64,000 nucleotides of DNA from Desulfobacterales bacterium (GCA_963668645.2 CAXXWC010000002.1:85024-149023), one strand, 5' to 3'. Positions 20,427 to 29,239 are shown, counted from the first letter of the stretch. Notes: a model not told the origin generated them from the sequence alone. A program made the numbers and translations.

Positions 20427-20984
20427 TTAAAACTCTCTGATATCCGAGTGACCCGTTGTTCCAAATCCTCCGGTTCGCGATAGGGCAGCACGGTGGTGGC
20501 AAGGCGACACAGAGACACGGGGACTCGGCGACGGGGAGAACGCAAAGCCCTCTTTGACCGTTTTATACTTCTCCTCCTTTGGTCTGGATCGACGTTTGGC
20601 GCCCACGGCCCAGTCATCCGGGTGCTCAACCATTCGGATGAGCTGGCCGAGAATGATTTCGTAGCGTCCGTCCAAGTCCGCTGCATCCGTAGCCTCCAGG
20701 TATCCACAGCGCAGAGCCAGTTCGATCCATGTCTGAGACTCGGCCGCCTCCCCTTCGGCGTCGTTGAGCTTGCTCACGAAAGCCGCCGGATACCGGCGCT
20801 TGCGCCAAGCCTCGGAGATGTTCGCCGCCACCGACCGCGACGAGCGCCGAAACTGATCGGTCAGGGAATACCGCTCTTCCACCGGAAACCTCTTGGACAG
20901 CTCGAATACAATCATGGCCGCATCGACCGCGTTCTGCCAGACCCGCAATTCCTTGAACGATCGAATATCCCCCATCTCCTGCAT
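20427..20984 (-). CDS. Four helix bundle protein (TIGR02436 / 23S IVP family), copy with stop lost
   Basis: SFKELRVWQ, FPVEERYSLTDQFRRSSRSVAANISE motifs; TAA>TAT at 20565 extends the ORF to 185 aa. Confidence 0.85.
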   Translation of the reverse strand: MQEMGDIRSFKELRVWQNAVDAAMIVFELSKRFPVEERYSLTDQFRRSSRSVAANISEAWRKRRYPAAFVSKLNDAEGEAAESQTWIELALRCGYLEATDAADLDGRYEIILGQLIRMVEHPDDWAVGAKRRSRPKEEKYKTVKEGFAFSPSPSPRVSVSPCHHRAALSRTGGFGTTGHSDIREF

Positions 20985-21177
20985 CCCCCTCTCCGCGTCT
21001 CCGTGTCCCCGTGTTTCGCTCTTCCACCCATCCCCGAGTCACCGTGTCTATCCCTTCTCGATCTGCGCCGACTCCGGATCCTCCGGTTCGCGATAGGGCA
21101 GCACAGTGGTGGCAAGGCGACACAGAGACACGGGGACTCGGCGACGGGGAGAACGCAAAGCCCTCTTTGACCGTTTT

Positions 21178-21597
21178 TTACTTCTCCTCCTTTGGTCTGG
21201 ATCGACGTTTGGCGCCCACGGCCCAGTCATCCGGGTGCTCAACCATTCGGATGAGCTGGCCGAGAATGATTTCGTAGCGTCCGTCCAAGTCCGCTGCATC
21301 CGCAGCCTCCAGGTATCCACAGCGCAGAGCCAGTTCGATCCATGTCTGAGACTCGGCCGCCTCCCCTTCGGCGTCGTTGAGCTTGCTCACGAAAGCCGCC
21401 GGATACCGGCGCTTGCGCCAAGCCTCGGAGATGTTCGCCGCCACCGACCGCGACGAGCGCCGAAACTGATCGGTCAGGGAATACCGCTCTTCCACCGGAA
21501 ACCTCTTGGACAGCTCGAATACAATCATGGCCGCATCGACCGCGTTCTGCCAGACCCGCAATTCCTTGAACGATCGAATATCCCCCATCTCCTGCAT
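21178..21597 (-). CDS. Four helix bundle protein (TIGR02436 family)
   Basis: Same motifs, 139 aa. Confidence 0.9.
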   Translation of the reverse strand: MQEMGDIRSFKELRVWQNAVDAAMIVFELSKRFPVEERYSLTDQFRRSSRSVAANISEAWRKRRYPAAFVSKLNDAEGEAAESQTWIELALRCGYLEAADAADLDGRYEIILGQLIRMVEHPDDWAVGAKRRSRPKEEK

Positions 21598-21790
21598 CCC
21601 CCTCTCCGCGTCCCCGTGTCCCCGTGTTTCGCTCTTCCACCCATCCCCGAGTCACCGTGTCTATCCCTTCTCGATCTGCGCCGACTCCGGATCCTCCGGT
21701 TCGCGATAGGGCAGCACAGTGGTGGCAAGGCGACACAGAGACACGGGGACTCGGCGACGGGGAGAACGCAAAGCCCTCTTTGACCGTTTT

Positions 21791-22210
21791 TTACTTCTCC
21801 TCCTTTGGTCTGGATCGACGTTTGGCGCCCACGGCCCAGTCATCCGGGTGCTCAACCATTCGGATGAGCTGGCCGAGAATGATTTCGTAGCGTCCGTCCA
21901 AGTCCGCTGCATCCGCAGCCTCCAGGTATCCACAGCGCAGAGCCAGTTCGATCCATGTCTGAGACTCGGCCGCCTCCCCTTCGGCGTCGTTGAGCTTGCT
22001 CACGAAAGCCGCCGGATACCGGCGCTTGCGCCAGGCCTCGGAGATGTTCGCCGCCACCGACCGCGACGAGCGCCGAAACTGATCGGTCAGGGAATACCGC
22101 TCTTCCACCGGAAACCTCTTGGACAGCTCGAATACAATCATGGCCGCATCGACCGCGTTCTGCCAGACCCGCAATTCCTTGAACGATCGAATATCCCCCA
22201 TCTCCTGCAT
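21791..22210 (-). CDS. Four helix bundle protein (TIGR02436 family)
   Basis: Protein identical to 21178-21597. Confidence 0.9.
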   Translation of the reverse strand: MQEMGDIRSFKELRVWQNAVDAAMIVFELSKRFPVEERYSLTDQFRRSSRSVAANISEAWRKRRYPAAFVSKLNDAEGEAAESQTWIELALRCGYLEAADAADLDGRYEIILGQLIRMVEHPDDWAVGAKRRSRPKEEK

Positions 22211-22312
22211 CCCCCTCTCCGCGTCCCCGTGTCCCTCCGTCCCCGTCCCTGGGTCTCGCCCTTCCCCGTGTCCCCGTGTCTCGCTCTTCCACCCATCCCC
22301 GAGTCACCGTGT

Positions 22313-22740
22313 CTATCCCTTCTCAATCTCCGCCCACGCCGGATCCTCCGGTTCGCGATAGGGCAGCACGGTGGTGGCATTTGGGAAAGGCCGAGCAGGC
22401 CAGGATCGTCTTTCCCGCATGCGGCCCCTTCTTGACGATCCGCTTGACCATCGGGGCGCCACATTTCGGGCAAGTCCCAAAATCTTCAGCCGGCGGTTTC
22501 GACGCAACCGGCTTCGGCGACGTGTCGGCTTCCACCTTATCCACTTCCGATGGCGCGTCGATTCAGAAAACATCGTTTAGCGCCCGCTTGACCTCGCCTA
22601 CCCCGTATGAGCGTTTGGCAGCAAAATGGATCAGCGGGATACCTGCACTGGCCATGGCCTTGTCGATGAACGCATCGCGATCCTGCCGGTCTGAACGACC
22701 GTGACTGCTGTCGTCCAGTTCGAGGGCGGCGGCGATGGTA
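22313..22740 (-). pseudogene. 3' fragment of a DUF2726 / topoisomerase C4 zinc-ribbon gene
   Basis: Paralog of the 3' half of 23857-24597 (ELDDSSH..RQDRDAFIDKAM; CPKCGAPM); internal stop at 22563 and a 1-nt frameshift near 22372. Confidence 0.85.
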
Positions 22741-22757
22741 ACTTTTGCCGTCGGCGG

Positions 22758-22862
22758 CAGTTCACTGCCGGCAAACACATTTTTCAAGTGATAGTTGATG
22801 GTGTGGGTCGCCACGTCATATAGCACGCCCATCATCTTCTGGGTCAGCCAGATGTTCTCATC
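22758..22862 (-). pseudogene. Fragment of a RhuM-like (virulence RhuM family) gene
   Basis: DENIWLTQKMMGVLYDV...INYHLKNVF..SEL matches the RhuM N-terminal pattern; only ~35 codons. Confidence 0.65.
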
Positions 22863-22893
22863 GGAGCGTTTGTTACCCAATTCGTTCCCCAAT

Positions 22894-23499
22894 TCATTCG
22901 ATATTACCCAATTTCCACTCGGCGGTTTTTTGCCACCGAGCGTTCTGGCCGCGTCCAAGACACTCAACCTGATCTTTTACGCGCAGACTTTTCAGGACAC
23001 GGCGGACCATATCCACGCTGACGTTCGTGCACTTGTTTTGGATTTCCGCCACGCTGAAAGGGCCGAGAGCACTGTCGATTGCGTGAAGAATGTCGCCGTC
23101 TTTTTCCTTGTATTGACCGGCATCCAAAATGTCACCACGCGCCAGACGGTGCAGTTGTAAAACGGTTTCTTCCGATATCGACAGTTCCGCGCCACACTCA
23201 TGAATCCATGTCAGGGCTTGCCGGTAACCCCTGATCTCCTCCTCGTCACGATCTTGAAGAAGTGGCTGCCCGAAGATGATGGTACCGATTCGGGATTGAT
23301 CGACTTCAACCCCTTCGATCCGGTTGGATGAAACGGCGCTCTCGATTAGGGCATGCTCCCGTAAAACCTTGAGACGTTGCGGCGATTGGCGGGTAAACAA
23401 TTCCTGCCTTCCCCTCGCCTCGCCAAGATCGGCGAGATACCAGGATGTGGATGCAGGCACTGATTCGAACTTTCGGGTAAACAACTGCAACGTCATCAT
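22894..23499 (-). pseudogene. Fic family gene with internal deletion
   Basis: ALIESAVSSNRIEG N-terminus and HTH-like C-terminus, but no HPFxxGNGR catalytic motif. Confidence 0.75.
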
Positions 23500-23666
23500 G
23501 GTTTGTCCCCCTATCGGGTTATCATAACCGCAGTATTAGCCAATGAAAACCTCCCGCCGATGCCGCGTCAGATTCTCTCGCGCCGGCCAGCACGGTGGTG
23601 GCAAGGCGACATGGAGACACGGGGACTCGGCGACGGGGAGAACACAAAGCCCTCTTTGACCGTTTT

Positions 23667-23752
23667 TTACATCTACTCCGTTGGTCCGCATCGACGGCGT
23701 TCTGCCAGACCCGCAATTCTTTGAACGATCGAATATCTCCCATCTCCTGTAT
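23667..23752 (-). pseudogene. Internally deleted four helix bundle gene
   Basis: GDIRSFKELRVWQNAVDA joined to the gene's last codons; 86 bp versus 420 bp; first ATG is ATA. Confidence 0.88.
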
Positions 23753-23856
23753 CCCCCTCTCCGCCTCCGTCCCCGTCCCCGTCCCCGTGTCTCGCCCGTC
23801 CCCGTGTCCCCGTGTCTCGTTCTTTCACCCATCCCCGAGTCACCGTGTCACCGTGT

Positions 23857-24597
23857 CTATCTCTTCTCGATCTGCGCCGACGCCGGATCCTCCGGTTCGC
23901 GATAGGGCAGCACGGTGCGGCATTTGGGAAAGGCCGAGCAGGCCAGGATCGTCTTTCCCGCATGCGGCCCCTTCTTGACGATCCGCTTGACCATCGGGGC
24001 GCCGCATTTCGGGCAAGTCCCAAAATCTTCAACCGGCGGTTTCGACGCAACCGGCTCCGGCGACGTGTCTGATATCCGCTCCGTTTCCGGCGGCGTGCTG
24101 AGTCCCAAGGCATCGCTTATCGCCTGCCTCACCTCGCCGACACCGTATGCGTGCCTGGCACTGAAGCGGATGATCGGGATGCCTGCACTGGCCATGGCTT
24201 TGTCGATAAACGCATCGCGATCCTGCCGGTCGGAATGGTTGTGGCTGCTGTCGTCCAGCTCGATGGCCGCCGTGATGGCAATATCATCTGCCCTGCAGAG
24301 GACGAAATCAACGTGCTTGCGGCTGATCCGGTTGAAGGCGGTCTGGCGCGACGAAGCCTTCAGCCCGCTGCCGACCTTGATCAGATCTGCCAGCCTCACT
24401 TTTGCGAAAATGCGGTGTCCATCCGGCACGGCCATGTCCAATACCCCAAGAAAGGCGCGTTCGGCCGGAGTGCAGAGGGTGTCGCAGGAATTGTAAGAGA
24501 TTTCGACGGCAGAGGATCGGCGTGCGGTCAGTCTGATGACCAATGTGACAACAAGGATGAAGATCATCAGGAGAAAGAGCAAAAAAATGGAAGTCAT
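23857..24597 (-). CDS. DUF2726 protein with N-terminal TM helix and C-terminal topoisomerase C4 zinc ribbon
   Basis: TPAERAFL, KVRLADLI, KHVDFVLC, AIELDDSSH; CPKCG...CSAFPKC. Confidence 0.88.
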   Translation of the reverse strand: MTSIFLLFLLMIFILVVTLVIRLTARRSSAVEISYNSCDTLCTPAERAFLGVLDMAVPDGHRIFAKVRLADLIKVGSGLKASSRQTAFNRISRKHVDFVLCRADDIAITAAIELDDSSHNHSDRQDRDAFIDKAMASAGIPIIRFSARHAYGVGEVRQAISDALGLSTPPETERISDTSPEPVASKPPVEDFGTCPKCGAPMVKRIVKKGPHAGKTILACSAFPKCRTVLPYREPEDPASAQIEKR

Positions 24598-24688
24598 GCC
24601 GGTTGTCTCCGATAGTAGTTATCATCATGCAGCCCACGGGGCCGGTGACTGGGTCGACTCCCCTTTTCCCGATCTCCCAAACATGGAC

Positions 24689-24782
24689 GATTTCGGCCTC
24701 AAAAAACTCGATATAGGTCGATTTTAGGGCCTAAATTTTCAACTATTCTGATTTGCAATGATGGGTTAGTTTGGTGCGACCC
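24689..24782 (-). repeat. Bipartite conserved site, copy A
   Basis: GGGTCGCACCAA...AAAATCGACCTATATCGAGTTTTTT...AAATC. Confidence 0.7.
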
Positions 24783-25245
24783 TATAATCCCTCGGCGTGT
24801 TGCATTGATCGAGGAAGGTGACCTCTGGAAACCGCTTTTTGAGCTTCTCGGCGCCTTCGCTGACGATCGACAGCGCCTCGGTGTTCTTGACGCCGATCTC
24901 AAACTTCATGTTCTTGCGACGGGCATAGGCCCGGTAGCTCTGGTACACGAGGCTGTCGATAGTCCGGATCTCCACCTTGCGCTCCGGCGTGCCGAATAGG
25001 GATTCGAAGCTTTTTCCCTCGGTGCTGCTGACCTTCTCGTAGAGCCTGGCCATGTAGCGGATCAGCGTCTTGGTGTAGGTCACCAGCAGAATGGCTTCGT
25101 CCCTACCGAAGCAGTAATTGCTCAACAGGAATGGAATCCGGTAGATGCCCACCGTGGTCTTGCCCGAGCCTGCCACCCCCTTGAGCAGGGCATGGCCCTT
25201 GGGCGTCTGGAAAGCGATCCGCTTCTGCTCCGCATTGAGATCCAT
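24766..25245 (-). pseudogene. Truncated UvrD/SF1 helicase (N-terminal part only)
   Basis: LNAEQ, GVAGSGKTT, LVTYTKTL, TIDSL; ends at 159 aa before Walker B. Confidence 0.82.
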
Positions 25246-25364
25246 CGCACCTCCGTTCTGAAACCCGTCGCAATTATCGCTTACCGATTGGTATGTTGTT
25301 TAGCGGCCTCTCAAACCTGAATGGTAAGCCTTTACGAACCGCCATGCCACTCTGTCAGGCGCAT

Positions 25365-26279
25365 TTATACGGCTTCTTTGAAAAGTTCATATCGTCGCTG
25401 CAAAAATTCACCGTTTGGCCGCATCACTGACTGGCGCGGTAGAATGATGCGCTGGCCGTGAAGCGCCTGTAGCCCGTGGATTAGCATCGGGCCATCGGTT
25501 TCTTTCAGGATTTCCGGCCGGACCTCAATGCGATAGTCGTCCCGAATGCCCACGAAGTGGTGGTCGAAGGCAGCGTGATGGAGTTTGCACAGTGAGAGGC
25601 CGTTAGAAACTACCGGCTCGCCTTCCGGGTCGCTGTCCGGCAGGATGTGGGCCGCGTCCAGCAACTCGCGGTGGCGTAGCCGGCAGAATGCACATTGTTC
25701 ATGGTAAGCCCGCAGGACCCTCTCCCGGAATGAACTCTGGTGGAGCCGCTGGCGGAAATTGCGGGTTGCATAGGCGCGCCGAAAATGCTCTTCGATCCAC
25801 GCCTGGTTTGGTTCTCTAACACCGATGAAGGATGAAGCTGCTTCCTGCCTAATCTCGTCGACGGCTACCGTAAAAGTCAGCCCATCCTTGTCATCGGCCA
25901 CGATAAACGCTGGCCATGCTGCTACGTACTTTCCCCTCATAATCCTGTGGAAATAGACCAGAGGTACAACCTGAGTCATGGCCTGTCGCAACCCTACGTT
26001 ATCGCGGTGCTCCGGATCTGTTCCGCGGTAGCGATAAAGCAGCAACCCCTCACCGGTGAAGCTGTCGGCATAAGGCCCGGACGGAACCGTTGTAATGGAA
26101 AGCGGCAATTCCATACGTTTCGGCTTGAAAATTCCTTGCGGTCCCAAAAGCCGGATCTGCTCGCCCTCCATAAGAAAGCCCTTCTGCAGAATCTCGCGCG
26201 GCAATGCGTCGCCGTATATGGCCCGCTGCGCATCGAGCCATTGGAACGCTTCCTTTCGGACCCGGAGATCAGACAACAT
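25365..26279 (-). CDS. HNH endonuclease with SRA-like N-terminal domain (putative restriction nuclease)
   Basis: RLHQSSFRERVLRAY, CAFC, LDAAHILP, NGLSLCKLHHAAFD; N-terminal GPYAD...YRYRG...DNVGLRQAM...PLVYF. Confidence 0.85.
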   Translation of the reverse strand: MLSDLRVRKEAFQWLDAQRAIYGDALPREILQKGFLMEGEQIRLLGPQGIFKPKRMELPLSITTVPSGPYADSFTGEGLLLYRYRGTDPEHRDNVGLRQAMTQVVPLVYFHRIMRGKYVAAWPAFIVADDKDGLTFTVAVDEIRQEAASSFIGVREPNQAWIEEHFRRAYATRNFRQRLHQSSFRERVLRAYHEQCAFCRLRHRELLDAAHILPDSDPEGEPVVSNGLSLCKLHHAAFDHHFVGIRDDYRIEVRPEILKETDGPMLIHGLQALHGQRIILPRQSVMRPNGEFLQRRYELFKEAV

Positions 26280-26450
26280 GGGATCAGGCTTTCTTTAGTT
26301 TGCCGTCATCCGTAAGAGCGGGGGATCAATATTGTTCCGAGCCCCCCCGCTTCAACCACCGCTTCTCCCAGTTTTTGACTCTGCCAGCATTCGACCACGA
26401 AAAAACGCTCACCGATCCTCCCGCCTGCCTTAGGCGTTCCCTATCAGGCT

Positions 26451-26544
26451 GTTTTTGCCAGCGAAAAAGATCATATAGACATCTTTTCAGTTGTGGGAAT
26501 TACGACTTTCCCTTTCTTTCATATTCTTGATGTGGTGCGACACC
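26451..26544 (-). repeat. Bipartite conserved site, copy C
   Basis: GGTGTCGCACCAC...AAAAGATGTCTATATGATCTTTTT; spacer 1 nt shorter than in the other copies. Confidence 0.6.
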
Positions 26545-26588
26545 ACCCTGATGTACCCCTTATCTCCAATTCGGGTTCCTATGCGCAA

Positions 26589-26683
26589 GATTTTCCCCCT
26601 GAAAAGCGAGATATAGGCAGGTTTTGAGGGGACAATCATCGATTTTTGCCCTTTATGTCATAAGGTCGCTTTGGTCCGACCCC
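26589..26683 (-). repeat. Bipartite conserved site, copy D
   Basis: GGGGTCGGACCAA...AAAACCTGCCTATATCTCGCTTTT...AAAATC. Confidence 0.7.
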
Positions 26684-26706
26684 ATTACTGCCATTACTGC
26701 ACAGAT

Positions 26707-28092
26707 TCACTCCGGCTGCCATGCACAATCTGCCCAGTGCTCTTCGTAGCGTTTCACAAAATCTTTCATCTCACGGATGTTGGCGGCAGGTTCGCGGCAG
26801 GCCCGGGCACAGGTAAAAACGACATCCCGGTAGAACTTCGGAGCTACAGCCCTGATGCCGTCATAATTCATAAGCAAGTCCGGAAGACGCTCCGCGATTT
26901 TTGCTCCGCGAGGTGCCATCACAATGCTCGGGGGTTCTCCATACGTGTTGATCAACACGTATCGCCAACTTGGATCTGCGGCTCCCTGGCGAGGGACAAT
27001 CTCACAGGGACATGCATCTCCGCCGCCGGAAATGCCTTCATAAACTTCCTTGATGGCCAGTGGTTTGTTGGCCACCAGGACATAAGGTCCGGCCTCTATA
27101 TATCTGCCCACGCTTTCGTCGTATTCGATGCCAAGCAAGGTTTCCAGGTCAAAACGCGTATGTCGATCAAGAGACGCCTTCCCCGAGGTGAACCATTTAA
27201 GTTCCCGCAGGGTGATCCCGGCACACCTGGCAATCTCTGCTGGCGAATTGGGCCAGCACGCCACGAGGTTCTTGGCGATTTCGGCCGCGTTGTCATAGTC
27301 AGTGTCGGCCCAGAAATCATCATTCTCCACGATGTCTTCCGGTGCCTTCTCACCTGTCAGTAGCCAGGTGTTGCCATCAAACCCGTCGAGGTTGAAATAT
27401 CTGGGCTGATCGGGCGGCAGGGAGGTCTCCCAGGATGACAGCCATGGACCGGGTTCCCAGTCGAGTCCACCGGGCACTGTTGGCACCGGCACTTGCACCG
27501 GTAAGGTCAGCCACTGCTGGATTCTGTCTTCAACCTCGCGACTGTTCGCGCCTCTTTGATCATCCCTGAGACGAAAATCGTGGTCAACTTGAGCGTATCG
27601 GCAAAGGGCCTGGATGGACCCGGCAAGAGACCGGTCATTTCCGTCGTGCTTCCTCAGCAACCACCGGCTGGAGTCCTGGGCCGAGCGCAGGGAAGCGGGC
27701 AGGGATTTCTCCTTGGCATCGGCTACCTCGACCTGAACTCCGATTTTTGCCATTGCCCCTGCCAGTTCAGGGCTGGCCGTCGCAAGGTGGCGGTTGACCC
27801 GCAGGATGTCCGGTCGGCCACGCAAGCCCTCGGCGTTACACCACGCATCCAGAAGAACATCCCGGAAGGCACGGGGTTGATCGACTGCAGTGAAGGTCAT
27901 CCACCGAATAGGCAACCCGGCAACGGTCAATCCATAGAGCATGAGGGGGCTGAGCCCGTATCGCTCTGCATCCCTGATCTTGATAGGGTCCCGCGCTGAT
28001 ACGACGCCATGCTCCGGATGGTGGAAAAGGAACTTGGCAATCGAAACGTAGAAATGATGCTCTCTTGGTGATGGCTGTGTCTGCTGATTCAT
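26707..28092 (-). CDS. Hypothetical protein (461 aa) with possible internal HTH
   Basis: Long ORF with AGGAGG RBS; SPAEIARCAGITLRELKWF is HTH-like. Confidence 0.8.
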   Translation of the reverse strand: MNQQTQPSPREHHFYVSIAKFLFHHPEHGVVSARDPIKIRDAERYGLSPLMLYGLTVAGLPIRWMTFTAVDQPRAFRDVLLDAWCNAEGLRGRPDILRVNRHLATASPELAGAMAKIGVQVEVADAKEKSLPASLRSAQDSSRWLLRKHDGNDRSLAGSIQALCRYAQVDHDFRLRDDQRGANSREVEDRIQQWLTLPVQVPVPTVPGGLDWEPGPWLSSWETSLPPDQPRYFNLDGFDGNTWLLTGEKAPEDIVENDDFWADTDYDNAAEIAKNLVACWPNSPAEIARCAGITLRELKWFTSGKASLDRHTRFDLETLLGIEYDESVGRYIEAGPYVLVANKPLAIKEVYEGISGGGDACPCEIVPRQGAADPSWRYVLINTYGEPPSIVMAPRGAKIAERLPDLLMNYDGIRAVAPKFYRDVVFTCARACREPAANIREMKDFVKRYEEHWADCAWQPE

Positions 28093-28302
28093 GCCCCCTC
28101 CTGGGGAAATGCCAGCTTTCCCCGAAAACTATCGTAGGCTCCGCGCTCCGCCAACAACCGGGCCAACAGCAGAGCGCAAGATAGTTCGGATCGATGATCT
28201 GGATTTCTACTGCAGGAGTTCATTCATCCTCTCCTGAAAATAGGCTGGGTATTTCTCCATCACCACCCTGGCTCCGTCCCGGTCATTTTTCAGCGCGACC
28301 TT

Positions 28303-28397
28303 GGGGTCGCACCAAGACAACCCATTGTTAATATTGTTCAAACGACTCCTACCGATGGCCAAAATAGCCCCATATCACTATTTTGGCCCTTAAAATC
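28303..28397 (+). repeat. Bipartite conserved site, copy B (inverted relative to A, C, D)
   Basis: GGGGTCGCACCAA...AAAATAGCCCCATATCACTATTTT...AAAATC. Confidence 0.7.
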
Positions 28398-28480
28398 GTT
28401 GTTATAGCGTACCATGTTTTTTTTGCGTGCATCGCCGGCATGGCCCCGCGACGACCGCAGGCCGGCCGGAGCATTATTTC

Positions 28481-29239
28481 TCAGTCCCGCTCCACAACCC
28501 TCGCCACACGCGCACCACAGACAGCGCAGGTGCCGTGCAGGACAAGCCGACCCTTTTCGATCTTCCCGCTCAGAAGCACCATGTCGCCTGCTTCCCGGCA
28601 GAAACGGCACCAGACGTTGCTGAGCAGCATGGCCTGCAGCTTGGGCGGGATCCGCTCCCACCGTTGCCCGGCCTTCGCTGTGAAGGTCGGGGACGATGCC
28701 GTCGCGATCTCGCCGTAAGGCTGCCGCTTTTCCCTGGCCGTGAAGCCGATCTTGCGAGGCGGGCTGTCCTCGCCCTCGAGGAGCTGGCGCAAGGCCGCGA
28801 ACACGGCTTCGAACTGCGCGTCGTAGCGCTGCTCCAATTCCTCGATCTTGCGGCGTAACGCATCGTGGACGCCGGCCATGCGGCGAAGTTGGGTGAACGT
28901 GCGCATGATTTGGATGTTGACCTGGATGGCCTGCTGGCTGCGCAGCACACTCGACAGCATGGCCACCCCCTGCTCGGTGAAGGCCATGGGCCGATGGCGC
29001 AGCCCCATCTTGTCTGCGTTGGAGGTCACAAACTGTGACCTCCAATGCTGAAATTCCTGAACCGTCAGCTCGAACATGAAGTCCTCGGGAAATCGCTCGG
29101 CGTTCCTGCGTACAGCCTGCTTGAGGGCCTTCGTCGCGACACCGTAGAGCTCCGCCAGATCCCGGTCCAGCATCACCTTCTGCCCCCGGATCGAGTAGAT
29201 CCTTTCGCAAATGGCCTCTGCAGAAATGATTTCAGCCAT
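28481..29239 (-). CDS. ORF6N-domain DNA-binding protein with C-terminal CxxC...CxxC domain
   Basis: IRGQKVMLDRDLAELYGV, RFPEDFMF, AFTEQGVAMLSSVL, RKIGF; then WCRFC...CAVC; AAGGAG RBS. Confidence 0.88.
   Translation of the reverse strand: MAEIISAEAICERIYSIRGQKVMLDRDLAELYGVATKALKQAVRRNAERFPEDFMFELTVQEFQHWRSQFVTSNADKMGLRHRPMAFTEQGVAMLSSVLRSQQAIQVNIQIMRTFTQLRRMAGVHDALRRKIEELEQRYDAQFEAVFAALRQLLEGEDSPPRKIGFTAREKRQPYGEIATASSPTFTAKAGQRWERIPPKLQAMLLSNVWCRFCREAGDMVLLSGKIEKGRLVLHGTCAVCGARVARVVERD

Larger units (their letters stand above)
20465..22379. repeat. Tandem array of three near-identical units (613, 613 and 652 bp)
   Basis: ATCCTCCGGTTCGCGATAGGG recurs at 20465, 21078, 21691 and 22343. Confidence 0.95.

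Noticed and set aside
20427..22210. 23S rRNA intervening sequence
   Set aside because: No rRNA sequence flanks these genes.
22865..22915. AATTGGG short repeats as a recombination site
   Set aside because: Only three short degenerate copies at the Fic gene end and no other occurrence noticed; insufficient support.
20465..24600. Diversity-generating retroelement (Avd-like genes plus near-identical repeats)
   Set aside because: No reverse transcriptase in the window, and differences between copies are not adenine-specific.
24689..28397. Integron attC array or Tn3-family inverted repeats
   Set aside because: No RYYYAAC...GTTRRRY palindromes and no IntI; the GGGGTC start is not followed by a Tn3-like 38-bp IR, and there is no transposase.
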